This document shows, piece by piece, positions 25,984-40,101 of a stretch of DNA of 64,000 bases (its first letter is position 1; each line of letters begins with the position of its first letter). The DNA comes from Octopus bimaculoides (lineage: Eukaryota), in the NCBI RefSeq assembly GCF_001194135.2, contig NC_068992.1, positions 50,932,335 to 50,996,334 of the forward strand, read 5' to 3'. A program made the translations under genes and the position numbers. The notes below the pieces were generated by a model. It was not told where the DNA came from, did not search any database, and was given only the letters and a program-made list of their open reading frames with translations.

Positions 25984-26024
25984 GATTGCTTAGTATATTA
26001 TTCTGTGTGTTGAATGTAGCTCTC

Positions 26025-26300
26025 CTAATTATATTTGTTTATCCGTTTCTCCACAATTTTGCAATTTCCCATTAAATCTGGTACTCCGTTGACCAGGTTG
26101 GGTCATGCATCTGCACCTACAGAGATAGGTCTAGATATTTTGTTGAATACCAATTGCTTTTGCATACAAGCTCCTGTTCCCAATCCCACAATTTCAAGGC
26201 GAAGGAATGCAAAGCTTGGCACCAGCATTCTGGCAAGGGCTGCATGCATCCCATCCTTCTTTAACAATTCCACCAAGGATTTGCCTAGGATCGGTATTTT
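26025..26300 (-). pseudogene. unidentified decayed coding-like segment
   Basis: 90 codons with one internal TGA (26103-26105): KIPILGKSLVELLKKDGMHAALARMLVPSFAFLRLEIVGLGTGACMQKQLVFNKISRPISVGADA*PNLVNGVPDLMGNCKIVEKRINKYN*. GC-richer than the flanks. No family recognised. Confidence 0.45.
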
Positions 26301-28728
26301 TTATCGATTGGAAACAATAAAAATCTAAGTTCACTTTTGTAAAATTTGAACTCAGAGATTAGAGTGTCGAAATGAATAACTTAAAGCGGTCTATGCAACT
26401 CTGTAACGGCTCTAACAATTGAAATATATATTCCTGTTTTCACTTCATTATTCCTGTAATAATTCGTGAGGAAGGGAGACCTCTGAATTGTCTCTGAAAG
26501 AGCTAGAAATAATAGCCAAACATCACTTGAGTGACACATTAAAATCACGAATAAATGAAACGGAATACTACTGACATTTTATTTGTAAGTAAAAGACTGT
26601 AGGACCACGGCTATTACCTGTTTCATAACGTGTATACTGAATTTGGAATGACAGAGAACTAAGCAACCACTATTAATGATAAATTCTATTTCCGAATATT
26701 AGCTCAGATGTTACGCAAAAAGTGATTAGAAATTATGTAAGGCAGTAAGGTGTGACTTTGAGAATGATTTGGGTGTAATTTTTAGCACACAAATTTCAAC
26801 ATACAAGTTTCATAGATTAAATATAACAGAATGCGCAGTGCATTTTTATCTCTTATCTGTAAGAGAATGAGTGAGATTACTTCGTAGTTTTTCGATCTAT
26901 TAGAATTAGAAAAGTAATATTCTTCAAATCAGACATTAACGTCAGGAAAGTAGTATATTTAGAGAGTTTTCCACATTTTCATGGGGCCAAGTTATCAAAA
27001 AGTAATTATAAAGAAGGCTTCGAAAGCAATGTTTTATTCCCTGAGATGCCCTCAAAAAAAAAAAAAAAGATTTGATCTGCTGGATTAGGTCTAACCCAAG
27101 TAATAAGGCACAACAACAGGTATAAAAATATGAATATACTTCAAAAGATAGATGGTAATATAAACTTGATACGAGTTGCGGAAACATTAATGCTACGTCC
27201 AATATTGCAGCCAACATATTTAAGGTATAGTACAAACTATTAGTTTGTACAAAACCTTCAATATCTTCTTTCTTTTAGTAAGAGATATTGAGAGTTAACA
27301 CATAGCAGTTATCTCATTTTCGTTTCAACTTATAAATGAGAAAACATCCCATTATCAGGCAGGTGTTTGGAATGTATGTATACGTGCATGTGTGTTTCTG
27401 TGCATGTATTTACGTGTGCGCGCGCTCATGGATGACTGTGTTTGTAGTGATACTAATCATTACATATGTGTGACATTATTTCTTCGTAAATGCGACTACG
27501 ACAGATATGTGCACGCCTATTTGTGTGAGCTTATGCATACTCGCACGTTTGCAAGATTGAAGTTGCAGTGATGTCATAACGATATATAACACTACAATAC
27601 TATCATTTACTTCATCAAATATTTTCAGTCAAGGTGTGTTGTTTGTATGTATGTTTGTATGCTTGTGTGTTTGTATGCTTGTGTGTTTGTGCATACTTGT
27701 ATAGTAGGAATGAGTGGGGGTGAAGTTTAAGCGATAAATCGATAAAGATGCATAGAAAGATATATTACGTTTGAACGCAAGTATGTTTTTCCGCGATGTT
27801 ATTAAGAAGATTGCTTCAGGCTTGCAGACATCAATCAACAGTGACTGTTAAATCAAATATCACACCTAAATGAGAACATGTATGAAGATATGGTATATTT
27901 TAAAAAGGAACATATAAGATACAGTCTTAGGTTTACACAAAATACTAATCAGCGGAATAATGCAACGTCGAATGCAAACATAACCTCATTTCTTTAAATT
28001 TAGGTGTAGTCCATTGAAATGATTATAGAATACTAAAAGATACATTTTGGCGGTTTCTTTCAAGGTTAAAGAAGGGTGGTGTCCATAGCTAATGTCAGAG
28101 TTTCCAAAACTGATGACTAGAATTTATATACAAAACTAGCACTAAGCCTTATTTCTTACCACAGAGCGAGTGGATTGTTTGAAAAACACCCAAGTAGGTA
28201 GTTGATGGCATTAAAATGGACAATGAGTTGCATTTATTCCCTACAAATATGAACGAGCATTCCTTCTAGAAGATGACACATGGATTTTGTTACACCTGCG
28301 TATTGTAGAAAACACTAATCTGAAATACTGCAGAGTAAACTGAATACGTAGAAAACCACATAGAAGACATATGAACTACCCCAATAGATATCTAAACGAG
28401 AGCAGGTAAATCGCCAATGCAAAAGTATGAAAACGTTGCCAAAGCACAAGTACTGTAAAATATTTATTTTTCTCTATTACATGTGCCATTTCCATAGAGC
28501 TTGTAATCAGTATAGCATAACATATAGGAATATACTATTAAATGAAACAATAAAATTTGTAAGCTATGACACTAACTCCTAGCCATAATGCTCTAACATA
28601 TAAGGATATATAACGTGGACTTCTTTTTAAAAGAAATATGTGCAGTAGAAGTAGCACCAGCTCTTTATAACCATATATAGAAAATACCTGTATACATAGT
28701 TACGCATCACTTAGTCTCAATAGGATGT

Positions 28729-28749
28729 TTCTCTCTCTCTCTCTCTCTC

Positions 28750-28827
<78 letters not shown>
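28729..28827. repeat. (TC)n-(TA)n compound microsatellite
   Basis: Direct reading. Confidence 0.95.
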
Positions 28828-28828
<1 letters not shown>

Positions 28829-29832
28829 GCGCGTAATATCAGAATATTATGGTTTATCACGAAGATGAAGCGTCTGTATTATTCATTGTTATAGCTACGC
28901 TATCTCCCGATTTACTTTTTCGTCCAAAGTGAATTATAAGTTTCTTCGACCAGATAATTATAATGTTCTCGTCTTTCACTCGTGAAATCTTAATACTAAA
29001 ATATTTTGATTTCTTGCCTGATCTACCTCCGTTTAATGATAACTAATCTACATCTTCAAAGGAAGAAATTTATAGAAATAGCTCAGTTATTAAGCATCGG
29101 TTGATGTCATTAATTGATAGCTAATTAATGTCTGTACCCATTTAAAGCTCCTCACTTATAGATATTATCTTCAAAGGGGCGACGTCTGTCATCAGGTTAA
29201 AATTTTGTTCTATTGTATTCGTTCGTCCATTCTATACTTTTCTGTTGAAAGTTAGCCATTGTAAAATTCTAGGTTATATAAGTGCCTGTATAGCAGTGTT
29301 GTTCAGACGTTAGCTTTTCAATCACTTGCTCGTCGGTTCGAAACTACTGTGAGCAAGGTTGATGGAATTTAGAATATGGGGAGTATGCAAAACAAAACCC
29401 CATCATGTATTATGTATACGTAGATACCTATAATTAAAGATGTGTGTGTGTGCGTGCGCGCCTGTGTGCGCGCCTGTGTGCGCGCCTGTGTGCCCGTGTG
29501 TCTGTGTGTGTCTGTGTATGTAGAAAACGAAATAATTAGACAAGATCATGTATGATCGACTAAAGTTTTTAAAGGTGGTGTCTACTAGAACTAGTAAACG
29601 ATTACTGAGCAGAACAATATACATATTCTACGATTCTGCCCTTCTTAGCGGACGAGCACTGTTTGAGAAAAGACAAAGTCATAGCAATCACTAATACACC
29701 AAATTAAATAAATCTATACAAATGTGCAAGAATAATTATTGTTGCTTCCGAGCCAGATAATAAATTTGGCAATGCTTATACGTTCTTTATGCTTATAAAG
29801 AACACCTCAACTTACATTATTACACTGAGTGT

Positions 29833-30022
29833 GGCACAAGGGCAACAATTTCGGAGTAGGGTGTAAGTTGACAATATAGAGCTTAGTGTTCAACTGGTAC
29901 TTATTTTATCGAAGGCATGAAAGGTAAAGTCAACTGCGGTAGAATTTGAACTCCGAGCGCAAACACCCACGAGATGCCGCTAGGCATCCTGACGGCTTGC
30001 TAACGACCCTGCCAGCTCGCCG
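29833..30022 (-). mobile_element. diverged SINE family B copy
   Basis: caactggtacttattttatcga...atgaaaggtaaagtc...aatttgaactc...gctaacga.cctgccagctcgccg is collinear with 25458-25655. Confidence 0.8.
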
Positions 30023-30042
30023 CGCTAAAATTTTTAATGTGC

Positions 30043-30086
<44 letters not shown>

Positions 30087-33000
30087 NNNNNNNNNNNNNN
30101 NNNNNNNNNNNNNNNNNNNNNNNNNNNNNNNNNNNNNNNNNNNNNNNNNNNNNNNNNNNNNNNNNNNNNNNNNNNNNNNNNNNNNNNNNNNNNNNNNNNN
30201 NNNNNNNNNNNNNNNNNNNNNNNNNNNNNNNNNNNNNNNNNNNNNNNNNNNNNNNNNNNNNNNNNNNNNNNNNNNNNNNNNNNNNNNNNNNNNNNNNNNN
30301 NNNNNNNNNNNNNNNNNNNNNNNNNNNNNNNNNNNNNNNNNNNNNNNNNNNNNNNNNNNNNNNNNNNNNNNNNNNNNNNNNNNNNNNNNNNNNNNNNNNN
30401 NNNNNNNNNNNNNNNNACTTATATACTGGAATCCTTTTGCAAAGATTTTCTTTTTGAAGCCGACCAATGAATAAATAGCTATGGAAAAGCCAAGAAAATG
30501 TGCTTGCTTTCAGCAAAGCTATAAAGAATTTTGAAATTCTAAATCGACACAAAATCTGTATTACATAAAATTAATTTTTGGAACATTCTATGTTTCGCTT
30601 ATACCTTGGTTGAATTTGATAACTTAAATTTCTTCTTTAGCATAATCCTAATTCTTTTAAATATATTTTGTGGAATGATACTTCACTGGGATTTGCTTTC
30701 ACACATAAAGAACGGACGGGTTTGCATATTATGCTACTTTATTTTCTTGTCAAATCACCTTTTGCTTTGTAATAAGACTTTTATGTCACAATTCTTGCCT
30801 AAATTCGATCGAGTCTTCATTGGGGAGATTTTAGTCGTCGTCGTCTGTCAAGCCGCTATATACGCTAAATTACACACATCTTTCGTTTAGTATTAGCTAA
30901 AAACAAAAACAATGCTGGAAATGTCAAATGCATCGCTAAACCAAAGGATTACTTTCTGATAGGGTTTATATAATTTCGCCAAAAATTAAATTACACTGAC
31001 AGTAGCGAAAAGAAATTGGATTTTGGAAACAATTGCTTTTAGCTTCAATGTTCTCAAAGAGGAGATCAACGAAAACATAGCAATAGGAGAGCGATAAATT
31101 CTAGCTTGATAAGATTGAACGAAAAAGATCTAAATTAAAGACAATATGGTAAAATTATAGGATGCAAATCAGATGAATTATAGAATGCAAATCAGCGAAT
31201 ATGGAAAAGTACTTAAATAAGCAAGAAAACCAAGCTAAAAGATTCAAGACACCAGACCTCCACACCGTTCGATATCAAGATAGAATACTTTTCAATTCTG
31301 TTGGAATTTTAAAGCAAATCTAGATTGCATCGAGAAAATGGGAACTTCTTCTATATTGTTATGTGTTCCCAGAGAGTCTAGATGTGCATATGGTAAAATA
31401 CTATTTGTGTAAAGTTGTACGTTAATAAGCGAGTATATATATATATGTATGTTTGTGAGTTTACATGTACGTGTGTATAAATTTATGTTATATATATATA
31501 TATATATANNNNNNNNNNNNNNNNNNNNNNNNNNNNNNNNNNNNNNNNNNNNNNNNNNNNNNNNNNNNNNNNNNNNNNNNNNNNNNNNNNNNNNNNNNNN
31601 NNNNNNNNNNNNNNNNNNNNNNNNNNNNNNNNNNNNNNNNNNNNNNNNNNNNNNNNNNNNNNNNNNNNNNNNNNNNNNNNNNNNNNNNNNNNNNNNNNNN
31701 NNNNNNNNNNNNNNNNNNNNNNNNNNNNNNNNNNNNNNNNNNNNNNNNNNNNNNNNNNNNNNNNNNNNNNNNNNNNNNNNNNNNNNNNNNNNNNNNNNNN
31801 NNNNNNNNNNNNNNNNNNNNNNNNNNNNNNNNNNNNNNNNNNNNNNNNNNNNNNNNNNNNNNNNNNNNNNNNNNNNNNNNNNNNNNNNNNNNNNNNNNNN
31901 NNNNNNNNNNNNNNNNNNNNNNNNNNNNNNNNNNNNNNNNNNNNNNNNNNNNNNNNNNNNNNNNNNNNNNNNNNNNNNNNNNNNNNNNNNNNNNNNNNNN
32001 NNNNNNNNNNNNNNNNNNNNNNNNNNNNNNNNNNNNNNNNNNNNNNNNNNNNNNNNNNNNNNNNNNNNNNNNNNNNNNNNNNNNNNNNNNNNNNNNNNNN
32101 NNNNNNNNNNNNNNNNNNNNNNNNNNNNNNNNNNNNNNNNNNNNNNNNNNNNNNNNNNNNNNNNNNNNNNNNNNNNNNNNNNNNNNNNNNNNNNNNNNNN
32201 NNNNNNNNNNNNNNNNNNNNNNNNNNNNNNNNNNNNNNNNNNNNNNNNNNNNNNNNNNNNNNNNNNNNNNNNNNNNNNNNNNNNNNNNNNNNNNNNNNNN
32301 NNNNNNNNNNATATATATATATATATATATATATATAGATAGATAGATAGATAGTTAGATATAAATATAGATATAGATATACGTACAAACATATGTATGT
32401 GCGTATTTGCGTAAGTAACTGCTTATTATTGCATATTCTTGCATGTACATGTGCCTACTTGCATTAGTGCATGGGTGTTTGTGTATATGGGTGTAAGACT
32501 CTTAAGGCGTAGTAGAGTGCATTTAACGTCTACACAATTTTTGAGAAGCTTTCATTATTTCATTCACCTATATCGCTACAAGAATCAGTTGCTTCATATG
32601 AGGCGTAGTTGTGTGTGTTGTGTGTGTGTTTGTGTGTGTGCTGTATATGTGTGAACTGCAGAAGGTAATATATACGTTTGATAAGATGTATTACCAAGTA
32701 TGTTAGGTTAAAAACAAAGGAGAGAAGCTGAGTGGACAACCAGACAGTACGACGAGAAACATGTATCACTGACAAGCAAATTATATGTTACTTCTTAATC
32801 ACGACAAGGTGATCAAACCTACTGTCTCTGGTTTAATGAAGAATAGTTGCACACATGTTGACCTTTGTACATAGAGGAGAACCACAATAATGCCATACAG
32901 AAAAGATTGTTTTGTGTCTAATGTACTCTAAAAGAAGAATTAATTACGACTGGAATATTTGCTACTGTTATTTGAATATGCAATTTCTCTACTGAACGTA

Positions 33001-33211
33001 TATTTGCATAATGCTTAATAGTTTTATTCCCAATTCACTGCAAGAGCTTTATTTTTCTGTATCTGTGAAAATAGGACTTGGTGCCTATCTCGTCGTTTTT
33101 GCAATGTACGACATTTGTTCGTGACGTGTATTAATCGGTTGGTGGAGGAATATAGAATATGCAGATATTTATAGACTGTTGATATGGTTATATATATATA
33201 TATATATATAT

Positions 33212-33214
33212 ATT

Positions 33215-33303
<89 letters not shown>

Positions 33304-33317
33304 CATTATTATTATTA
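33212..33317. repeat. (TAT)n microsatellite
   Basis: Direct reading. Confidence 0.95.
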
Positions 33318-34356
33318 ATATAGAAAGGATTGAGGTAACTCCTCCTGAAGATATAGAGTCAAAACAATCTATACCACATTCAATGAACTGATATAGAATA
33401 ATAACACCGGGTAGCTGAGTCCCTTACACCAATGAACTTGGGAATAAACTTCACTAGAAAGATGGATAACAGCAGTAAATGGGAGTCGAAACATTGACTC
33501 CTCTTTACCGATGTTATTATACTCATCATCGCTCAGGGCAATTAACATTCTATTGTGCTTTCACAAAGAAGTAATATTCCTAAATACCTCTTGAGAACTA
33601 AACGGTCAACATTGAATCATATGCTAGTCAGACGTCCATTAGTTTTGCCAAGTGTTCAATTTTAACTCAGTAAACACACTATTCAGTTTACTGCCTAAAT
33701 ACAAACGCCAGCTTTTAGTTATAGCGAGTTATATGTAATAGTTAGATCGATTGATACAGCGTAATATGTTTCTATTTTGTTTTTTATCCAGACATCTTAT
33801 ATTTTATTTTATTTTATTTTATTTTATTTTATTTGTATTACATTTTCTTTATTATCAGTTTTTGCTATTTTCAGCTAAGATATTCAAATATCGAATTCTC
33901 GGGTTATTGGTGAATAAAAATTAACAAGAGCTTCTACAGTGAAGTAATCGATCGGTTATTGATTAGATAAATTACTAATTGATATGTCTGATGTAGTGTT
34001 ACACCACCATCACATTATCTTATACTAAGGCAGTGGACAATTTGCCGACATAGTATCAGGTGTGTATAAGTTTAGTTTACTAAACGCATTGCATTAAGCC
34101 AATTAGTTGACACAGCACTAGTTTAAGTTCAGAGAAACAATATACATTTCAACGGGTGATTAATATCAGCGTTCAATGCTAGTTTTTCTTACTCAAACAT
34201 ATAAATGCTAACACAAACACACGTATATAGTATATATCATGCAAACAAATACACACATATGCACACATTCACACACGCATGTATATATATAGTACACGTA
34301 TATATACACACACATATATAGGTATATTATATATACATGTATATATATATATTTGC

Positions 34357-34426
<70 letters not shown>

Positions 34427-35805
34427 TTATACATACACACATACACACGCGCTTGTATATATATATATATAGTTATCTGTATGTTTTTATAGAAACGTTT
34501 ATAAGCATCTATATATATATTACATATGTTTCTGTGTTAGTGTGCGTATGTATTTCGGTGTTTCGTGCATATTTGCAGACGTGCTTATGTGTGAATGCTA
34601 TGTGTATGTGCGTGTTTTTATCTTGAAGATAATCTGATAATTATAAAACAGAAGTGTCCAGTCTTTGTTTTTCCTAATTAAAGTCTTTTTTTTTTCAGTA
34701 CACTTTATCAGATTCAAATGTGTGCGTATGTTTAAGTGTGCGTTGTGTGTGTTTATGTGCGTTAATGTTTGAAAATGAAAAGTGAGAGTATAGGCTATTT
34801 GCTCGAACATGAGTCAGTAGTCTTACTTAATAGCTTTCAGATTAGACATCAAAACTATAATGTTTACTCCTATTCATCGCCTACCACATTAGTTAAGTTT
34901 GTCTCGACGTCAACTCTTCAAACGGTCAGTTATTTTCGGGATGAGATTGTAATTGTTGTTGTTGGTGTTGCTGTTGTTTTTGTTGTTCTTGTTGCTGTCG
35001 TTGTTGTTGTGCGTGTTCTTCTTCTCATTGCATTGATTTATTTCCTAAAGAGAGACAGAGAGAGGTTTTTCAGGACTATTAGCTATTTCTATTACCAAAT
35101 CGTTCCGATAAATCTCGTTTGACAGAATCTGTTGATTTATTCCCAGAAAACCTTCTCGAGAGCACAAAACATATTTCGAGCACTTACTAAACTAAAGTTG
35201 TTACCAACTTTTACGTTTATCTTACGCATGTAAAAGTTCGAACTCTGGAGGAGTCACGACTGAATGTGCTTCTCTGAAATTACCGAGACATTTGTTGCTT
35301 TGGGGTTGTTTGCTTCAAGAAATCTTTGCTTAATGAGACGTATAATCAAAGGCTTGCTCACATTTCAACCTTCATTATTTCATCTCTTCCAAGATTTTGC
35401 GGACGGCTGAATAGATCCTCCATCAGTGATTCTTCTCTATACTACCGTTGTACTTTAGCATCGTTCATTCATCTGTTCCTGTCTAGCATCGGATCATTTC
35501 TCATCGGGCAAACCTATAATCGAAGTTTAACTCATGTCACAGATGTAACTATCACATATATTCTATAGTATTTGTTCGAGATTTAAAGGAAATTTGGCTA
35601 CTGTTTCTAGTAGGTCGAGCAACAAATTTCAAACTCCGTAGTTTGCTTGTTGAGCAACAAGTTTTCTGTTTAGAGATATCTGCTGCATAACTTTGTATTT
35701 CATATCTTCTAGGTCGATGAAAAACTGTACTCATCAAAAATTACTGTCGGTTTGTCACAAAAATCATTTTACTAAAAGTTGTGGTCTTCCACATATATCT
35801 TTAAC

Positions 35806-36047
35806 TTGTTTCAGTCGCTGAGTTCAGCCATGCTGGATCACCATCTTGGAGAGTTTTAGCCTAACGAATAGAGCGCAGAACTCATTTTTTCAAGCCTAGT
35901 ACTTATTCTGTCGGACTCGTTTGGTGAACCGCTGTTGTTACGGGGACATAAACACACCAACTCTAGTTGTCAAGCAGTGGTGGGGGACAAACATAGTCAC
36001 GAACACACAAATACACACACACACACATACACACACACACACACACG

Positions 36048-36103
<56 letters not shown>

Positions 36104-36267
36104 TACGGCGGGCTTCTTTCAGTTTCCGTCTTCCAAATCTAATCACTAGGTTTTGGTCGATCTGAGGCTATAGTATAAGACTTGTTCAAGATGCCACGCA
36201 GTGGGACTGAACCCCGAACCATGTGGTGGAGAAGCAAACTTCTTACCACACAGCCATGCCTGCGCCT
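35806..36267 (-). mobile_element. SINE family A, full length
   Basis: 3' domain, internal (CA)n(TA)n, and head ending ...accacacagccatgcctgcgcc. A-box-like tggctgtgtggt and B-box-like ggttcagtccc on the minus strand. Confidence 0.9.
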
Positions 36268-37062
36268 ACATTAGACTGTTTTTATTAAAGAAGTGTAGTA
36301 TGGTAAAATACGATAGAGTTTTAAAATAAATTCTTAACAGCATATGGTTTCGTACTCGTATGTTCTGATTGAAATTCTCATCTCACTTGTCTTTGATACT
36401 TTTTGGTCGATATGAAGTTTAAAACATGGAATAAACAACTATCTTACAAATTTATAGCCTCTTGAGAATGTAGGAAATCAACGTCACTGTATTAATTATC
36501 GTGTTTTTATGTTTCATTGGCATGTATTCTATTATTATTATTGTTGTAGAGACCTTGTAGTCTTTATTATTGATTCTATTTGCATAAAATGACAATAAAT
36601 TAAATTCAAATGATTACACAAAAAAAAAAATATTTATTGGTATTTTGGTGTTTTGTTCTTCAAACATTTTTCCTCTTTTTCTTTCCCTATGGTAGCTGTG
36701 TTAACAAAGTAATAGTGATATAACATTCTGGGTTACTGGGTTGTTAAAAAACCCCTTAAAACTTTGTATTTTGGATAAAATGTAACATATTCTAGGATGC
36801 GGAATGAGGGTCTGCTGACTCAGCAATTCTTACGGAAGTATTTCTGGTCTGTGAATTAACGAGGAATGTGAAAGTAGGTTTCTAAGCCATCACTTGATAG
36901 ATGCTATAAACGATAATCAACTTCACTCCACAGTAAACGTAATCATGCTACAAAAAGGGAAGGACACTTTGGATAATCTAATTCTTCATATATTGTGATA
37001 AAATAAAAGACTTTAAAGCAAGGAACAATAAGCTTTTTGAAGGGTGATTTCTTTTTGGCTCT

Positions 37063-37215
37063 CTACGCTGTGAGTTCAAATCACTGCGGTCAATTTTTCT
37101 TCCATTCTCTGAGAGGCTTGAAAATGATTTCACAACTAGAGGGGTGGTGGATTGGCACAGTTAGAATGTCGGATCAGAAGTCTTGCACTCTTTATTCTGA
37201 TTCTTTGCTCTCTGT
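37063..37215 (+). mobile_element. two old SINE family B remnants in tandem
   Basis: tacgctgtgagttcaaatcactgcggtcaa (B-box and core) followed by ggtggtggattggcacagttagaatgtcgga (head-like). Confidence 0.45.
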
Positions 37216-37920
37216 ATTCTGGAATAATAGATCTAATACGTCACACTGTTTGAAACTAGCAACTGGTTATCTGTGTGTTTAGCGGAGTTCAGTCTGCTGC
37301 AACAATATAATAGGTCCTTGGTTTGAGGATAACTTCCACTCTTCATGCCAGTAGTCGAAGAGGTCTTGAAAAACGTAATAAAATATAATTGCCTCTGCCT
37401 TTCCCTACTTTACCAAGCAGTAATAAAATGGTGGCAAAAAATGATCGATTATGCAGTTTTTCTTCTTACATAAATAAACTCACTTGTTCAACATAGTAAA
37501 TATTAACAGTTGCCAGGAATACACTGTAAAAATTTGCTTTTAATATATATATATATCTCTTTCAAATAGTGGGCTCGAAACAAAAAGCTAATTTTCTCTC
37601 CTCGCTTTAGTGGACGATTTTCATCCAAATTTATGAACTTAAAAAATTTTTTTTTCTGAAGTACAGAATCACAAATCACTTTGGACTCTATTTATTTATT
37701 TAGTTTTGTTGCAAATGAAGTTTCGATAAGCGAGAATAAAGGCTTAGCAATTTCATAGAATACGGACTGGTGTTGTTTTAAACCTGAGAATGAAGAGGTT
37801 TAACCCTTTTCTTACGAACCTACATCAGACCGGTCCTAGTTTTATCAAGATGATTTGTATTGATCTAGATTAAAACTTTCAGACAAAATTTACCGTTAAT
37901 TTATTGAAAACACCAGACCA

Positions 37921-39076
37921 ATGGATGACATTCTAGATAGAGAAATGAAAGACAAGAGGGGTATCAAAAATGGGTGAAGATGTTGTTGAAGTCCAACCTG
38001 AATGCCAAACATCTGATTACCGCAATGAATATCTGGACAGTTGCGGTGGTCAGATATAGTGCGTCCATCCTCAAATGGACTCAGGAGGAAATATCAAGAC
38101 TGGATAGAAGGACGAGAAAGTTGATGATGCTGCATGAGGTACTGCACTCTAAAACAAACGTAAACAGACACTGTATGAAAAGAAAGAACGCTGGCAGAGG
38201 ACTAATTAGTATAGACCATTGTATAATGAATGAAAGGAGAACGCTTGCTGAGTATTTGATAAATAGTGATGAAGGCCTGCTACAATATGCCGCGAAAGAT
38301 ATGGGTGTAAATGCAGATGAAATAATGGGCAAAGAAGAGTTTAACCAAAGAGCTGAGAAGAAAAAAGAAGGCCTTGAAATGAGAATGCATGGACAGTTTG
38401 AAAGGAATATACAAGATGTTAAGGGTAATACAGCCTTTATAAAACTTCTGACACCCAGAAATGCAGACACTGTGGAAAGAGTGTGGAAAATCTGACCCAC
38501 TTAGTTAGGGGATGTGAGAGCTTTGCACAAAAAGAATACAAGCGCTACCACGATAAAGTGTGTGTGTATCTTCGTTGGCTCTTATGCCGTAAATACGAAT
38601 ATGAAGTAACAGAGAACTGGTATGAGCATTTACCAAGTAAAGTTATGCAGGAGGATGGAAAAGTAACGATACTCTGGGACTATGATTTTCAGACGGATCG
38701 TGTAATCGAATAAGAAAGACAAATACTATCAGTTCACTGATGTAGCCATACCAAATGACATGAATGTTGTGAGTAAAGAGGTTGAAAAATCACCAAGTAC
38801 TCCGAATTGAAAGTGGAAATGACAAGACTGTATGGAATGCGAGAGGGCAATGTAAAAGTGATACCAGTGGTGATCGCAGCATTGGGCTCAATTCCATTGA
38901 AACTTCAAAACTTCTTAAGGCAACTGGAAATCCCATGCAAGATTGATGTCTTGCAAAAAGCAGCCTTATCGGGCACAGCGCACATCTTAAGGAAAGTACT
39001 ATCAGTCTGGTTGTGAATTGACAGATGACTAAAGACTCCGGTGCATTTTTACCTACACTGTGTTGCGAAGGAATAA

Positions 39077-39163
<87 letters not shown>
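37921..39163 (+). mobile_element. R4/Dong-like REL LINE, 5'-truncated and decayed, with (AAT)n tail
   Basis: Frameshifted ORFs: KSNLNAKHLITAMNIW...GRGLISI; intact zinc knuckle CRHCGKSVENLTHLVRGC (38462-38515, C-x2-C-x8-H-x4-C); ILWDYDFQTDRVIE; TDVAIP; KYSELKVE; IPVVIAALGSIP...LQKAALSGTAHILRKVL* (39016). A ~60-nt 3' UTR is followed by (AAT)n at 39077-39163. The RPD catalytic segment is deleted. Confidence 0.93.
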
Positions 39164-39171
39164 TTGTACTA

Positions 39172-39306
39172 TAAGCACATGGCCTGACATTTTGGGGTAG
39201 GGCGTAGTCGATAACATGTGCCTCATTACATGACAGGTACTTATTTTATCACTTTGTCGAAACCAAAATAATAGAAGCAAAGCCGATGTCAGCGGAATTT
39301 GACCTC
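39172..39306 (-). mobile_element. diverged SINE family B 3'/core remnant
   Basis: ggcctgacattttggggtagggcgtagtcga...ggtacttattttatc...gcggaatttgacctc. Confidence 0.6.
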
Positions 39307-40061
39307 AATAAAAATGATATATGTTTAGAAGATTGGAAGTTATTGAACAGAATATGGCGGATTAAAATTTGTTTGATATTAAAACTTTATTTTATCAGAT
39401 AATATGGTTATTAATAAGGCCGCCGGACAAAGATTAACATTTTACTGCAGGCAAAACACTCACAGCCTCTTTCATTTAAATGCAAAATTTTAATTATAAA
39501 CAAAAGTCCTCATTATTAAACAGACTAACTGGAATCTGAATAGCACCCAGGGTTTTATTTTGTTTTTGCTTTTACTGTTTAAAATACTAGAGGTTGTTTG
39601 ATGGGTAGAATTAGTAAAACACACGCAATGCGCCGAGCATAACATTGCGTTCAATTCTTAAGGATTTATTACCATAACTGCTTATCAAATACTGAGGTTG
39701 AATTTATTTATTTTTCGCATTGTAGCTACTTCATAAATCGACATTAGTAGCAAAGTACAACTGGTAGTACATAGGCCATCGGCCTTTCAAACAGAAGTTC
39801 GATTCAGCCGGTCGTCACTGTAGAGTCGAAAAAATTATTTCGCTGATCTGTGTCTTTGAAAAGAAGGATGTGTAGTTTCGACTAATACTTAATTCAGGAC
39901 AATCAATAGAAGCTCAAATTGCATTCGCATATGAATTCATCGTGGACGTCCTGGTACTTGTGTAAGATAGTGTCATAAATGGAGCTGTTATCGTTGAATC
40001 ACGCGCACTTCTCACAAATATATATACACACACTCGCACATACATACACACACACACACAC

Positions 40062-40101
<40 letters not shown>

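Noticed and set aside
26160-26200. EIVGLGTGAC resembling the ADAR/ADAT 'VxLGTG' motif
   Set aside because: The downstream HAE zinc-binding motif is absent.
33345-33500. CTGAAGA...gagtcAAAAC and a nearby gagtcGAAAC after a (TAT)n tract, as a second hammerhead
   Set aside because: There is no helix II 5' strand, the GAAA box is altered, and helix I/III cannot form.
39740-39810. tRNA-like remnant with agttcgattc B-box
   Set aside because: The A-box and stems are too degraded to call.
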